Below are positions 9,781 to 19,109 of a stretch of 64,000 nucleotides of DNA, piece after piece. The stretch comes from a virus: IMG/VR virus record IMGVR_UViG_3300045131_002463, positions 1 to 64,000 of that record; one strand, 5' to 3'. A program made the position numbers and the translations under genes. A model generated the notes under the pieces. It was not told the DNA's origin. It saw only the letters and a program-made list of their open reading frames with translations, and ran no database searches. Within the stretch, counting starts at the first letter, position 1, and each line of letters opens with the position of its first letter.

Positions 9781-9945
9781 CTACTTCTCGTCTTCTTTTC
9801 GAAGAGTTTGCAGGAAAGCCTCAAAGGACTTTCTCTGTATCTCTTCGCGGGTATGTTTCATACCCTGGAGAAAACTGCCTATCTTTAGTGCCGTTTGCGG
9901 CACGGAGGATAGCTTCTCTTCAGCTATCCATACTCTAATTGCCAC
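9781..9945 (-). CDS. Early hypothetical protein (GTG start, MAIRVW...)
   Basis: AAAGGAGA RBS before the GTG at 9945. Confidence 0.65.
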   Translation of the reverse strand: MAIRVWIAEEKLSSVPQTALKIGSFLQGMKHTREEIQRKSFEAFLQTLRKEDEK

Positions 9946-10000
9946 TTGAAATCTCCTTTCGGGGTTGTGGGAGCGTGACGCTCGCTCCCGGGGTTGTTGG

Positions 10001-10183
10001 TTAGTAGGAGGCGGCCTCTTCGCTGGCGAGCCAGCGGCGTGACGCCTCCATGTCATCTCCGAAGCGCGCGTCCAGCGCCTCGGAGAGGATCCGGCGGAAA
10101 CCCTCTCGGGTTTCCGGATCCACGGGGCGCGCGGAGAGGCGGAGCGCCTCTGCCATCGCGGCCTCTAGGTAACTTTCTCGCAT
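10001..10183 (-). CDS. Early hypothetical protein
   Basis: AAAAGGAGA RBS after promoter 10222-10250. Confidence 0.7.
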   Translation of the reverse strand: MRESYLEAAMAEALRLSARPVDPETREGFRRILSEALDARFGDDMEASRRWLASEEAASY

Positions 10184-10408
10184 TTTGATCTCCTTTTCTG
10201 TAACATTCTCGACTGTTTAAGAGTATACCATAGGTAATTTTTATAGTCAAGAGAATGTTTACGTTACGGGGTGGCGGAGCCGGGGTCCTAGTATCGCCAC
10301 GTTCCGTCCGAGCGCAGATCTGTGTGTGGGTGGTATGTGGCGCGTATGCGGGTATCCACGATATGTGCTACAAGCACAAAAAAAGGCAGCCTTTCGGCTG
10401 CCTTCGTG

Positions 10409-11359
10409 TTAGTAGCGTGTAAGATATGAAACAACTTTTGACAATTGACGCATTGTCAATTTTGTGCTCAACTTTTTTGACTCTCTTGTCCTGTATGAAC
10501 CATAAAGGATAGAAAACTTGTCATTGGTATCATAGCTAGTCCAACAAATAGCTTCCAGTAACTGATGATGATACCGTAAACAAGCATCGAATTCTTCATC
10601 AGTAAGATAGTATATAAAATCATGAAACATCTTAACAGTGGTATTCTTATTTTTCATCACGTCAAGGATTGCATATTTGTCAATCCATGTATTGTTGATT
10701 CTATGAATACCACAATCAGTTTCAACGGTATCCATGCCGTATTCTTCATATTCATAACCATTGGCGTCAATATGATTCAACAATGAAGTTATTGCTGAAA
10801 AATATTTAGACTTTGGGAAAACATTTTGTTTTCCATATATTTGCGCGACATTCCAATTGCTATCAACAGCAATTGCGACACATGGTTTTGTGCTTTTCAT
10901 CAATATGAATAGCATGTAGTTATTGAGATAATGCCTGCCTGAGCTTGTTAGACAATTGTGTAATTCTTGTCCAACAAAATGAACCGTTAGAAGATCATTA
11001 GTTGTGATCCAATGATAACCTTCGCAATCCAAAACCTTTTCAGCCTGCGCAAACAAGGATTGCTTCATAAAGACAACAAAGCGCGCCAAGAGTTTGTCCA
11101 TTGGAGTAGTCGATAAACTCTTGAATTGATTGCGCATATTCGGCTGGTTCAACCATTGCGCAATCAGTATATGTATCTGTAACAATGTGCGGTAAAATAC
11201 CGCTGGTCTGGAATTGCGGTATTTATTGCAAAGCATTTCCCCTGGGCATACTGGCTGCCATTGACAATCATCACAAGCGCCAGTATCAGTAAGACTATGA
11301 AGGATTGTGCCTAGCATGCGCACAATGTTTTCAACCAACAACGTGATAAATGATAACAT
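10409..11359 (-). CDS. Hypothetical protein with a possible PcfJ-like domain
   Basis: GQELHNCL...YL...KPCVAIAV...VAQIYGKQNVFP resembles the PcfJ-like pattern; sole gene of its cassette. Confidence 0.45.
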   Translation of the reverse strand: MLSFITLLVENIVRMLGTILHSLTDTGACDDCQWQPVCPGEMLCNKYRNSRPAVFYRTLLQIHILIAQWLNQPNMRNQFKSLSTTPMDKLLARFVVFMKQSLFAQAEKVLDCEGYHWITTNDLLTVHFVGQELHNCLTSSGRHYLNNYMLFILMKSTKPCVAIAVDSNWNVAQIYGKQNVFPKSKYFSAITSLLNHIDANGYEYEEYGMDTVETDCGIHRINNTWIDKYAILDVMKNKNTTVKMFHDFIYYLTDEEFDACLRYHHQLLEAICWTSYDTNDKFSILYGSYRTRESKKLSTKLTMRQLSKVVSYLTRY

Positions 11360-11486
11360 GGCCTTGTCCTTTGCTTTGTTTTTTCCTTTGATTGTATATC
11401 ACAAAACAAGTCAAGACAAGAGAATAAATGAGTTACGGGGTGGCGGAGCCGGGGTCCTAGATTGTCCACTAGACTGAGGAGCGCAA

Positions 11487-11670
11487 GGGCAGGGGGAGGG
11501 GGAGGGGAAGACAAGGAGAAGAAGAGGGACAGGAGGCACAGGGAGAGGAGAAAGAGAAGAAGGAGTAGGAGAGGAGGGGAATAGTATAAGATGCAGGAGT
11601 ATGGACGTGAGAGGCCTTTAAAGGGATGCCTCAGAGACAAAGGAGAAGAGATATAAGGGGGTACCCCCGC
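11487..11670 (+). other. Polypurine tract with a G-quadruplex motif and a GGGGGTACCCCC palindrome
   Basis: GGGCAGGGGGAGGGGGAGGGG at 11487-11507, long GA-rich run, palindrome at ~11657-11668. Confidence 0.6.
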
Positions 11671-11715
11671 CTTGGTTACAAAAAGCTTATTTATTTTCTT
11701 CTCCCTATACCTTAA

Positions 11716-11883
11716 AGGCGTTCTAAAAATATACTCACTTTTTCCAGAGGTGTTTAATGTGCTTACATGTCTAAAAATATACTCACTTTTTCAGAAGTTA
11801 TCACTTGTGCTCACGAGTCTTATTTTCTTTGAAGGCATTCTAAAAATATACCCAATTTTTCCAGGGGTATTAAATGTGCTTAC
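11716..11883. repeat. Three degenerate ~45-50 bp direct repeats (CTAAAAATATAC...GTGCTYAC)
   Basis: Copies at ~11716, ~11771, ~11833 in non-coding DNA. Confidence 0.8.
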
Positions 11884-12359
11884 TTGCACACAACAATAGA
11901 ACGACGGTGAAAGTTATTGACACTGGAAATATTATCAGTAATCGCTTTTACTTTTTTTCTATTTATTTTATGATACGCATACTTAAGAGCATAACATACT
12001 AAATATCTATCATTTCCCTCTATAGGGTTCCACTCCATAATAGGATGAAATATATTTAATCTGTAGGCGGACCAATCTTTGACTTTAGCTTCTTCCAATA
12101 AAAGCCCAGGAAATTCCTCACATATTCTCTCTTCTCCTTCTGACAAAAGTCTCACTCTTTCCCAATTCTCATATAGACATTCGTCAAAACCAAAGAATGC
12201 TTCTCTATGAAGACTAGTATACCCACCTATATCTATAGTTATACCTTTAAAACTATCATGAGCTATTATAACAGAACGAAGCTTTTCTAAAAGAGAATTA
12301 GGGTATAGCACCCTAGAAAACACCGGATCTATATCTAGTTCTATTCCTAAAAAGGGCAT
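11880..12359 (-). CDS. Hypothetical protein with C-terminal RSIVVCK tag
   Basis: ORF track; shared C-terminal motif. Confidence 0.75.
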   Translation of the reverse strand: MPFLGIELDIDPVFSRVLYPNSLLEKLRSVIIAHDSFKGITIDIGGYTSLHREAFFGFDECLYENWERVRLLSEGEERICEEFPGLLLEEAKVKDWSAYRLNIFHPIMEWNPIEGNDRYLVCYALKYAYHKINRKKVKAITDNISSVNNFHRRSIVVCK

Positions 12360-12378
12360 TTTACTTTACCTTTTCTAT

Positions 12379-12588
12379 TTAAGCAAGATCGTCGTTGGAG
12401 GCAGAGACCTCTTTAGTTTTATTATCAGACGCATACCAGCCCCCACCTTTAAGAATAAATGTTGAGGGAGAGATCAGCCTTTCAACCACGCCTCTACAAA
12501 GGGGGCAGCGCTCTAGCGAAGCCTCTGTTATTCGTTGGACTTTTTCGAAATCGTTTCCGCATTTTTTGCAGCGATACTCATAAGTCGG
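12379..12588 (-). CDS. FmdB-family zinc-ribbon protein
   Basis: MPTYEYRCKKCG...CPLC...RLIS...FILKGGGWYASD is the FmdB signature; AAAGGA RBS before MPTY. Confidence 0.9.
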   Translation of the reverse strand, partial: PTYEYRCKKCGNDFEKVQRITEASLERCPLCRGVVERLISPSTFILKGGGWYASDNKTKEVSASNDDLA

Positions 12589-12607
12589 CATCTTGTTTCC
12601 TTTCATT

Positions 12608-13042
12608 TCATTTACATATTATTATATTTCTGGTGCCCACCACTTTGGGAGGGGACTTCATTTCTTTGAGGACAGGTTCTGACATCCCATTAAAGAGCCA
12701 GAAGCCATCGTAATTATATTGCGCATCGTGGGGGGAAATTTGCCAGATGTTGATCCAGATGTTTCCCTCTTCTAATTCTTGGTGTATATCAAAAAGGTTA
12801 TACCATATTACTCTATTGAACTGAATGTGGAGGCGGCGCGCATATTCTTTCCTTGGATCCACTCCCTCTATAGGCTTCATGTGATAGTCATAACAGAACT
12901 GATCTCCCCGCACTTGACCTAGGTAGCGAAGAAGGTGTAGATCTCTGAAGGCTTCTTCTACACCGGGTTCGCTGGTGGCTAAAAGGGCATCTTTGATGAA
13001 ACAGCAGAGGCCCAAGCATTTGTAGTAGTTGTTGGTAGGCAT
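12608..13042 (-). CDS. Hypothetical protein with C-terminal RNIIICK tag
   Basis: ORF track, abutting its neighbours. Confidence 0.75.
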   Translation of the reverse strand: MPTNNYYKCLGLCCFIKDALLATSEPGVEEAFRDLHLLRYLGQVRGDQFCYDYHMKPIEGVDPRKEYARRLHIQFNRVIWYNLFDIHQELEEGNIWINIWQISPHDAQYNYDGFWLFNGMSEPVLKEMKSPPKVVGTRNIIICK

Positions 13043-13234
13043 TTATTTTTTTATAAATTTGTCCTTTAGACCTTCAGCAACTAGCTCTAAAATTGTGTTG
13101 AAGCCGAGTGCCATGAGGGCCCCGCCGGTCCACCAGCCGAAGGGAGTGTCTGCGTCGTAGGTTATAGCGATTCCCAGGATTATTGTGGGAGCTAGGAGTA
13201 TATAAGGGATAGCCTTTATGGTTGAATCTTTCAT
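13043..13234 (-). CDS. Small membrane protein (2 TM)
   Basis: Two hydrophobic segments. Confidence 0.65.
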   Translation of the reverse strand: MKDSTIKAIPYILLAPTIILGIAITYDADTPFGWWTGGALMALGFNTILELVAEGLKDKFIKK

Positions 13235-13235
13235 T

Positions 13236-13646
13236 TTATTCCTTGCACACCACTAAGTTTCTTAGGTTAGAAAAAGGGGGAGTGGCTTCTTTAGTTTTGT
13301 TAAAGGAGGTGAGGGCTCCTTTTAGATCTTGGATTATTTTGGAGCAAGCGGAGACCCGGCCTTCGTGCTCTGGAGCGATTGTGTAATCAGAGCGGGCGGT
13401 TCCCCGGAAACTTGATTCTCTGTGCTGTTCTGTATGAAGGATTATCTCTATAAAATAGGAGAGGGAGGCGTCATTACTAGAGTGGTTAAGAGCGTTAATC
13501 AATTGAGTGATTACGTAATTGTATTCGTAGACTTCACCTTTGGCTGGCGTATATTTTTCAATGGTTAAATCCTTAGACGAAGTTTTAAGGCTGACTGCTC
13601 TTTTGTGGTAGCGATTAGCTAAGGTTCTTATTCTACTTCTAAGCAT
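13236..13646 (-). CDS. Hypothetical protein with C-terminal RNLVVCKE tag
   Basis: ORF track. Confidence 0.75.
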   Translation of the reverse strand: MLRSRIRTLANRYHKRAVSLKTSSKDLTIEKYTPAKGEVYEYNYVITQLINALNHSSNDASLSYFIEIILHTEQHRESSFRGTARSDYTIAPEHEGRVSACSKIIQDLKGALTSFNKTKEATPPFSNLRNLVVCKE

Positions 13647-13971
13647 TTTTGCACACCACTATTTGTCTGGTTATATTATTGGAGGTCAGCTTTGGGGTTG
13701 GGTCGGCTTGGGTTGTTGATAGGAGCTGGTCCCGCCAGATGGATAGGATTTCTCTGTATTGAAGGAAAACCACTACGGTTTTTATTTGTTCATTGATTGC
13801 GTCGTATTTAGTTTTACCCCCGTAATTAGTTTTACCACCATAAATAAAATCTGAACTCTTGGCTATATTGTATATCCGTTTTACGGTATCAGGGTAGTGG
13901 AACAAAAGCCCCTGCCACGTATCTTCAGATACGCCTTTAGGTCTTAAGTATATATCTACCATGTCGCCCAT
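13639..13971 (-). CDS. Hypothetical protein with C-terminal RQIVVCKNA tag
   Basis: ORF track. Confidence 0.75.
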   Translation of the reverse strand: MGDMVDIYLRPKGVSEDTWQGLLFHYPDTVKRIYNIAKSSDFIYGGKTNYGGKTKYDAINEQIKTVVVFLQYREILSIWRDQLLSTTQADPTPKLTSNNITRQIVVCKNA

Positions 13972-14681
13972 CCTTCTAGAGTGGGTTTCATCTTTGCGAT
14001 GCAGGTCCAGAAGTCCTCCCTGGTTCGTAAGTCGCTGGGATCTTTACCTTTACCCTCTACATTCCAGTTTATCCACCACACTCTTTTTTGCTTCCCTAAT
14101 CTGTAGGTGGTTTGTTTCATGCCGTGGAGCCCCGCTTCGTCAGCATCGAATCCCAAGTATATAACCTTATTAGGAATGATTCCTATTTGTGATTTGGTGG
14201 GGCCCATGCCTCCTGGTGATATCACGTTAGTGAAGCCACATTGGTAGGCGAACATCGCATCTATCTCTCCTTCTACAATGAGAAGAGATCGGGCTATATC
14301 TATTAGATGGAGTCCGAACCATGCGCCCATGCGAGCCTTTTTAGGGAGTTCAATGCCGTCTTCTATGAGGGCAGGGATTTTAAGGCCCGAGATCTTCTTG
14401 GTTTCTATATTTCTAAAAACAACGCCAATGGTGTTGCCTATAATGCTGGTGTAAGGAAAGACGAGTTCATCCCACTCGTTGTATCTCACGCCAAAGCGTT
14501 GATACGTCGCTTGCGAGATTCCGCGGCTCTTGAGGTAAGAGTGCAACTTATAGTTGCCCCCAGCACTCAAGAGCGGGAATAGATTGAGGATGGGAGTTGG
14601 CAGGAATGTGAGGAGGGGCGGGACTCCGGAGAGTCTCCATTCGTGAGAGTATAAACTTGGCGAGTGATGTTCGTGATTCAT
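13956..14681 (-). CDS. TOPRIM-domain primase-like protein lacking the Zn finger
   Basis: YLKSRGIS, IVEGEIDA, LGFDADEAG, KDPSD motifs. Confidence 0.85.
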   Translation of the reverse strand: MNHEHHSPSLYSHEWRLSGVPPLLTFLPTPILNLFPLLSAGGNYKLHSYLKSRGISQATYQRFGVRYNEWDELVFPYTSIIGNTIGVVFRNIETKKISGLKIPALIEDGIELPKKARMGAWFGLHLIDIARSLLIVEGEIDAMFAYQCGFTNVISPGGMGPTKSQIGIIPNKVIYLGFDADEAGLHGMKQTTYRLGKQKRVWWINWNVEGKGKDPSDLRTREDFWTCIAKMKPTLEGWATW

Positions 14682-15256
14682 GAGTTTAGGTGCTCTTTTA
14701 TTGTAATTCTTATATCTTTACCGTTTATCTCGTTACCCATGACATCCCAGCCGGGTCTTTGTTTACGGGCAAAAATGTCAAGGCGTCTATCCCCGAGAGG
14801 CTCCACCATGGTGTAGAATTCTTGAGGTTTTTGGGAGTGGAAGAAACTTTTAGCAAAAAAGTAAGAGGGGATGGATTGCCCTTTTTTGAAGAGTTCTTTT
14901 TTGCCCCTGCGTCCCACCACTATGAATTCGGTTCTGAAGTGGAAGCCACCCACGCAGATACCATTCTTTTTGTCCCAGGTGATGGTGAGCAAATAGGAGA
15001 AACCCCACGTCTCTATGAATTGAAGGGCGTGAAGAAGGTATTTTTGGGTAGTCCATACAAAGAGATGACAAGCTTCTTCCTTATTATAAGGAGCTAAGCT
15101 TTCAATTGGTAGAGATTGTATATCCCATAAAGTCATAAGTGAATAGTCTAGTTCTCTTGTCTTACCTCTAGCTTTATCCTTTTCGTTTCCGGTTTTTTGG
15201 AGAGGCCAGGGGGGATCTATAACTATAAGATTATAATTTTTGTGTATTAAAGGCAT
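14678..15256 (-). CDS. MT-A70 family N6-adenine methyltransferase
   Basis: IVIDPPW, HLFVWTT, WGFSY..TITWDK, HSQKP, LDIFARK..PGWDVMGNE. Confidence 0.9.
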   Translation of the reverse strand: MPLIHKNYNLIVIDPPWPLQKTGNEKDKARGKTRELDYSLMTLWDIQSLPIESLAPYNKEEACHLFVWTTQKYLLHALQFIETWGFSYLLTITWDKKNGICVGGFHFRTEFIVVGRRGKKELFKKGQSIPSYFFAKSFFHSQKPQEFYTMVEPLGDRRLDIFARKQRPGWDVMGNEINGKDIRITIKEHLNS

Positions 15257-18200
15257 TTAGCACCAAAGCATTTGAATGAGAAGACGAAGGCCAAGAAGAG
15301 CGAATGTTACTATTACATAAAATACAAGAGTTATTATTATTGCGGCTCCCTTAGTTATATATCTATTAATATGTTCTGGAATGTCTTCGCTGCGTCTTTC
15401 CAGAATACGTGGGTATTCCTTCACTACACCTATAGTTACTGCTCTTAGAAGAGGGAACCATGAAAGGAAGAGCCAGAATGTGATGAGACCTGGGATATCT
15501 TGTGGTATAGGTATGTTCATTTACAATTTTCTCCTACATATATTAAGAGCGCGAAAAAGAAGGTGAACCACACAGTAAGGGCGAAAGCAGGAGCCCACCC
15601 GCTATCTGTACATTTAGTAGTTATCTTCAATACTCCTAATGTGGAACCCACCATAAATAATAGTAAGCCTGCATAGACAGAGGAGATTAATAGCGCATTT
15701 AAGAAAGTCACTTTACTTCCCCAAGTTCATGGTACTGAGTAGAATCTCCAGCACCAGCATGTATATTCATTAGGCGCATATCTAGGGGATCTCCCTCTTG
15801 ACTAATGGGGATTGCAATCAATTGCAAATCTAGTCTAGAGTTTTGTTTATATTTAGGTATAAATTTATTTCCAGCATTTATGCTATCTTCAATATGTCTA
15901 AAATATTTCTCTGCTTCCCACTTTGAAGAGTAGACGCGAAAAATATACTCATCGGATCTTATGATGTAAATCTTATCCATTATTTTTCCTTTCGTATTCT
16001 CTGCGTTCTCTATAACGTTTCTTCCTATTCTCAGAATCTCTAGTGAGATAGTACTGAAAACCCGCACACACTATAGTTATAGGAGTCCCTATGACTATAG
16101 CTATCCATATCTTCATCTCAATATATAATTTAAAAAACTCCCACATGCTTATATTGTTTCTTCCTCTTCTATAAAAAGATGATCTAATATTGCTAAAGCG
16201 TTTTCTACTATTTTTTCATTAGCAGGAAAAGATTTTAAAAGAGTTCTAAGACATAGCTCAAATCCTCTAGCATGAGCCCAGCATTCGGCAATAGTATAAG
16301 GATCATCATCTGGAAATCTCCTGGTTTCAGGGTTTTCTTCTCTTATTATATCGGCATAAGAATAAGCTAAGTAACTTATTAATTTAGCTAATATACAAGC
16401 CATAGGAGGAGCGGCGTTATCTCTATAACCTACAGGAGACATTATTCCAGTTAACACATTAGAATACATCATAAATGCCGAATTAACTCTCAATGATCTT
16501 CTCCTCTATCTTTAAAATTTTCCAGAAATCTCTAGTAGGTTGATACATCTCAATATACTTATCAATAATTTGCTGGGCCTGTGTTTTACTATATACACGA
16601 TAAGTAGGAACACCCTCTGTTAAAAATGAAATTTTATAAACTGTTTTAGTCTGCGGGTTCGTCATATATTTTATGAAGACTCCCTGCCCAAAGTTTTACA
16701 GTTACCGATAGTTCATTTTCTCCAGTCTTCTCAAAATCAAGAAGTTCAGCATCCAACACTATAGAATGTATATAGTCTGTATCTGGGAATAACTTAATCT
16801 GAAATAAGCCCTTTTCATGGGCTATGTCTTCAAAGATGACGTCGTTATTTCCTCTGTTATTTGAAATAGTAAAAGTATGCATAGGTGCTTTCCCAAAATT
16901 GTCAAAGAGAGTGAGTATGGAGGTGTCATCAAATTCTATAAGGTCCCCCATACTGTACTCAACCCCACCTGTAAAGTAATCCTCAATGGCAAACCACACA
17001 TTAATCTTCATGATTAAGGTCCTTCTTTTTACTCCCAAGGAGAGAAGTTAATAGTAATTCCATGGCATCCGCTTGAGATAGATTTTTTACTATGAAATCT
17101 TGTAAAAAAGATAATGTTAGCATAGCTATTAAAGGGAAAGCATACTTGAAGGCTTCCTTAAAGTTATCTTCTCCTACTGCGTTAGCCATAGAAGTAATGC
17201 AATTAACGGCATAATTAAACTGCTCTTGAGGAGCATTGTCCAATTTACGAGCAGTCTCACACAACTTTTCCATTTCAGTTAAAAAATTGTTCTCAGCCAT
17301 CTTTCTTTTCCTTATAAGTAATCTCTGAATTCTCATCCATATTCTGTATAGCCGCTATAGCCATGTCAAGAGGTATATCATACGTAACTCCATCTAGTTC
17401 CATAGAGGCAGACTTTACAGTGGTTTCAAATACTCGCCTAGGGCTGTAGTCATCATCTAACTCAAAAATAGTTAGCGGCATCTCTTCTATAGAAGACTTT
17501 CTAGGTTTTTTAGGAACCACTCTTTTCATCCATTCAGCAAAAAAATCTGTGGCTGTCCCCTGTTGCTGCTCTTCTATTTCTTTATTAGAAACTTCTAATT
17601 TAAAACCGCCGTCTTTAGTTGGAAGTTTTTTACCAATCATGTCAACACCATCCTATGAAGCCAGTAGCAAACATAGTGATAACAATGATAGCATATATAA
17701 CCCCGGAAGTTACCCAACCTAGGTACTTATCCATTATATTACACAGCGTAACTCCAAGATAGGTACTTAAAGGAATTATTATAAGCCACGCAAATACTTT
17801 ATTAGGATCACTAAGAGAATCCCAGAAAAAATAAAACAGTTCTGTAAGACACATTAGAACACCGCCAAATCTTCGGCTTTATCGCCTTCTTTAAAGTCTA
17901 TAGGAAGGGAGGCCGGATATCTAACGCCTTCAAAGTCTACTATGAAATACAAACGTTTATTAGTTCTAATATACACTGAATAAGGATCCATAGCTCGAGG
18001 AAAATAATAGTCATCCCAATTAGGATCTATTAACTTAACATCCCTATTAATCTGCCCTGCAGTCGCAGTGCATATCACCACGTCGTCCCATGTTTCCTCG
18101 AAATTCTGCATTTCTTCTAGAAAAATCGACATCCACGAAATTTTTTCGGACATACCACTTCCTCAGTGTATTTATTACATAAAGCATTCCACTTGCATAT

Positions 18201-18525
18201 TCTGCTTCGTCTTGTACATTTTCCATATATTCAGCTTCGTTTTCAAGGTTATCCAGCACACCAGAAAAGACACTCTCTTCTACTGCGTCAATCATACCTG
18301 CCTTCATAGTGGTTTAGGGTCCGTATGGTAGGATTCACTTATACTGTCCCATGCTTCACCCACCTTATTCCAGAAAGCCTCTATCACTTCTCTGTGCTCG
18401 GCAGATTCCGGGTGTTCCCAAAGATATGTATAAACTAACTTACTCATCTTATCACAGTTTTCTGCAGAAGCGGGCTCCATAAAAAACTGTTTCCTCCATT
18501 CATCAGCGAATTCTTTAAATTCCAT
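15257..18525 (-). other. Run of ~12 tightly packed small hypothetical ORFs (several are membrane proteins)
   Basis: ORFs 15257, 15517, 15708, 16149, 16483, 16646, 17001, 17293, 17642, 17854, 18047, 18304 abut or overlap; no recognisable domains. Confidence 0.7.
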
Positions 18526-18547
18526 AATAATCTCCTAGTGTTTCTTC

Positions 18548-18576
18548 TATATACCACAAATTTAAAACTTTGTCAA
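18548..18576 (-). promoter_or_regulatory. Sigma70 promoter TTGACA-17-TATATA with TG extension
   Basis: Same family as 24732-24760, 34454-34482, 38668-38696, 48693-48721, 53853-53881, 57391-57419. Confidence 0.7.
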
Positions 18577-19109
18577 GCTTTATTTTTTCTCCTCGATATA
18601 ATTATGCTTCGTTCCCCGTTACTAACTTCTATATATTTACTCTTCTTAGGTTTCTCTACCACACCCAGAGAAAACTCTATTGTATCAAATTTAACTTGGG
18701 GCTGAACTATATATTGTAATTCCCCATAATGTATTATTTCTATATCATATTCAGGGCTATTAGTATTAATACCCTGAAAGAAAATATTTACGTTGGAGAG
18801 CCGAGTGGTAATGGCAGTACTACCACTATCCCATCCTACTCCTATAGCAGATTTTTTTCCTTCCTCTACTATATAAAACGGAGGAAAAGGGGTATGCACA
18901 TAGGATCTTAAATTTTCTATAGCATTCCTGTCTAATTCTATACATCTTTTTAAAGTTATAGTCGTGGGAGAAGGCCCCCTAAAGACAGGAAAAGAGTATC
19001 CACTTCTAGCAGCAGTGGACCACATATCACTATCACCTGATTTTATATAAACATTCCCTATTTTAAAAACGTCTGGACCGCCAAGCGCCCATTTTAAGAC
19101 ATACGACAT
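18573..19109 (-). CDS. Hypothetical protein (RSIIISR near C-terminus; weak tail-tube-like pattern)
   Basis: ORF track; GPSPTTITLKRC segment. Confidence 0.7.
   Translation of the reverse strand: MSYVLKWALGGPDVFKIGNVYIKSGDSDMWSTAARSGYSFPVFRGPSPTTITLKRCIELDRNAIENLRSYVHTPFPPFYIVEEGKKSAIGVGWDSGSTAITTRLSNVNIFFQGINTNSPEYDIEIIHYGELQYIVQPQVKFDTIEFSLGVVEKPKKSKYIEVSNGERSIIISRRKNKA

Larger units (their letters stand above)
3320..10402 (-). terminator. Family of intrinsic terminators (mostly GGGCCC-GAAA-GGGCCC + U tract) ending the early cassettes
   Basis: Copies at ~3320-3343, 4166-4185, 5104-5123, 5754-5772, 6643-6662, 7418-7437, 8113-8135, 8796-8815, 10378-10402, each just after the last stop codon of a cassette. 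Confidence 0.85.
3200..11460 (-). repeat. Eleven dispersed early promoter modules: 24-bp core GGGGTGGCGGAGCCGGGGTCCTAG + 17 bp + sigma70 promoter
   Basis: Cores (+ coordinates) at 3245, 4091, 5016, 5674, 6557, 7331, 8046, 8710, 9533, 10268, 11437. Minus-strand promoters TTGAC(A/T)-16/17-TATACT at 3200-3227, 4045-4073, 4970-4998, 5628-5656, 6511-6539, 7285-7313, 8000-8028, 8664-8692, 9487-9515, 10222-10250; TTGTCT-17-TACAAT at 11391-11419. Confidence 0.95.

Noticed and set aside
2872-10250. Plus-strand and repeat-spanning ORFs in the early region (e.g. 3984, 4708, 7227, 8689, 10053)
   Set aside because: They cross terminators, promoters and the repeat core (giving recurring TGWRSRGP peptides) and lack the AAGGAG RBS of the real genes
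2551-10402. Inter-gene hairpins as integron attC sites
   Set aside because: TAAC-like ends occur, but there is no matching GTTRRRY core, no L-box extrahelical pattern and no integrase in the window
3245-11460. Early repeats as a CRISPR array
   Set aside because: Repeats are 650-1170 bp apart, separated by promoters and genes rather than 30-40 bp spacers; no cas operon
11311-11640. 109-aa Leu/Ser/Pro-rich ORF
   Set aside because: Translation artefact of the polypurine tract; it runs through the repeat core and promoter
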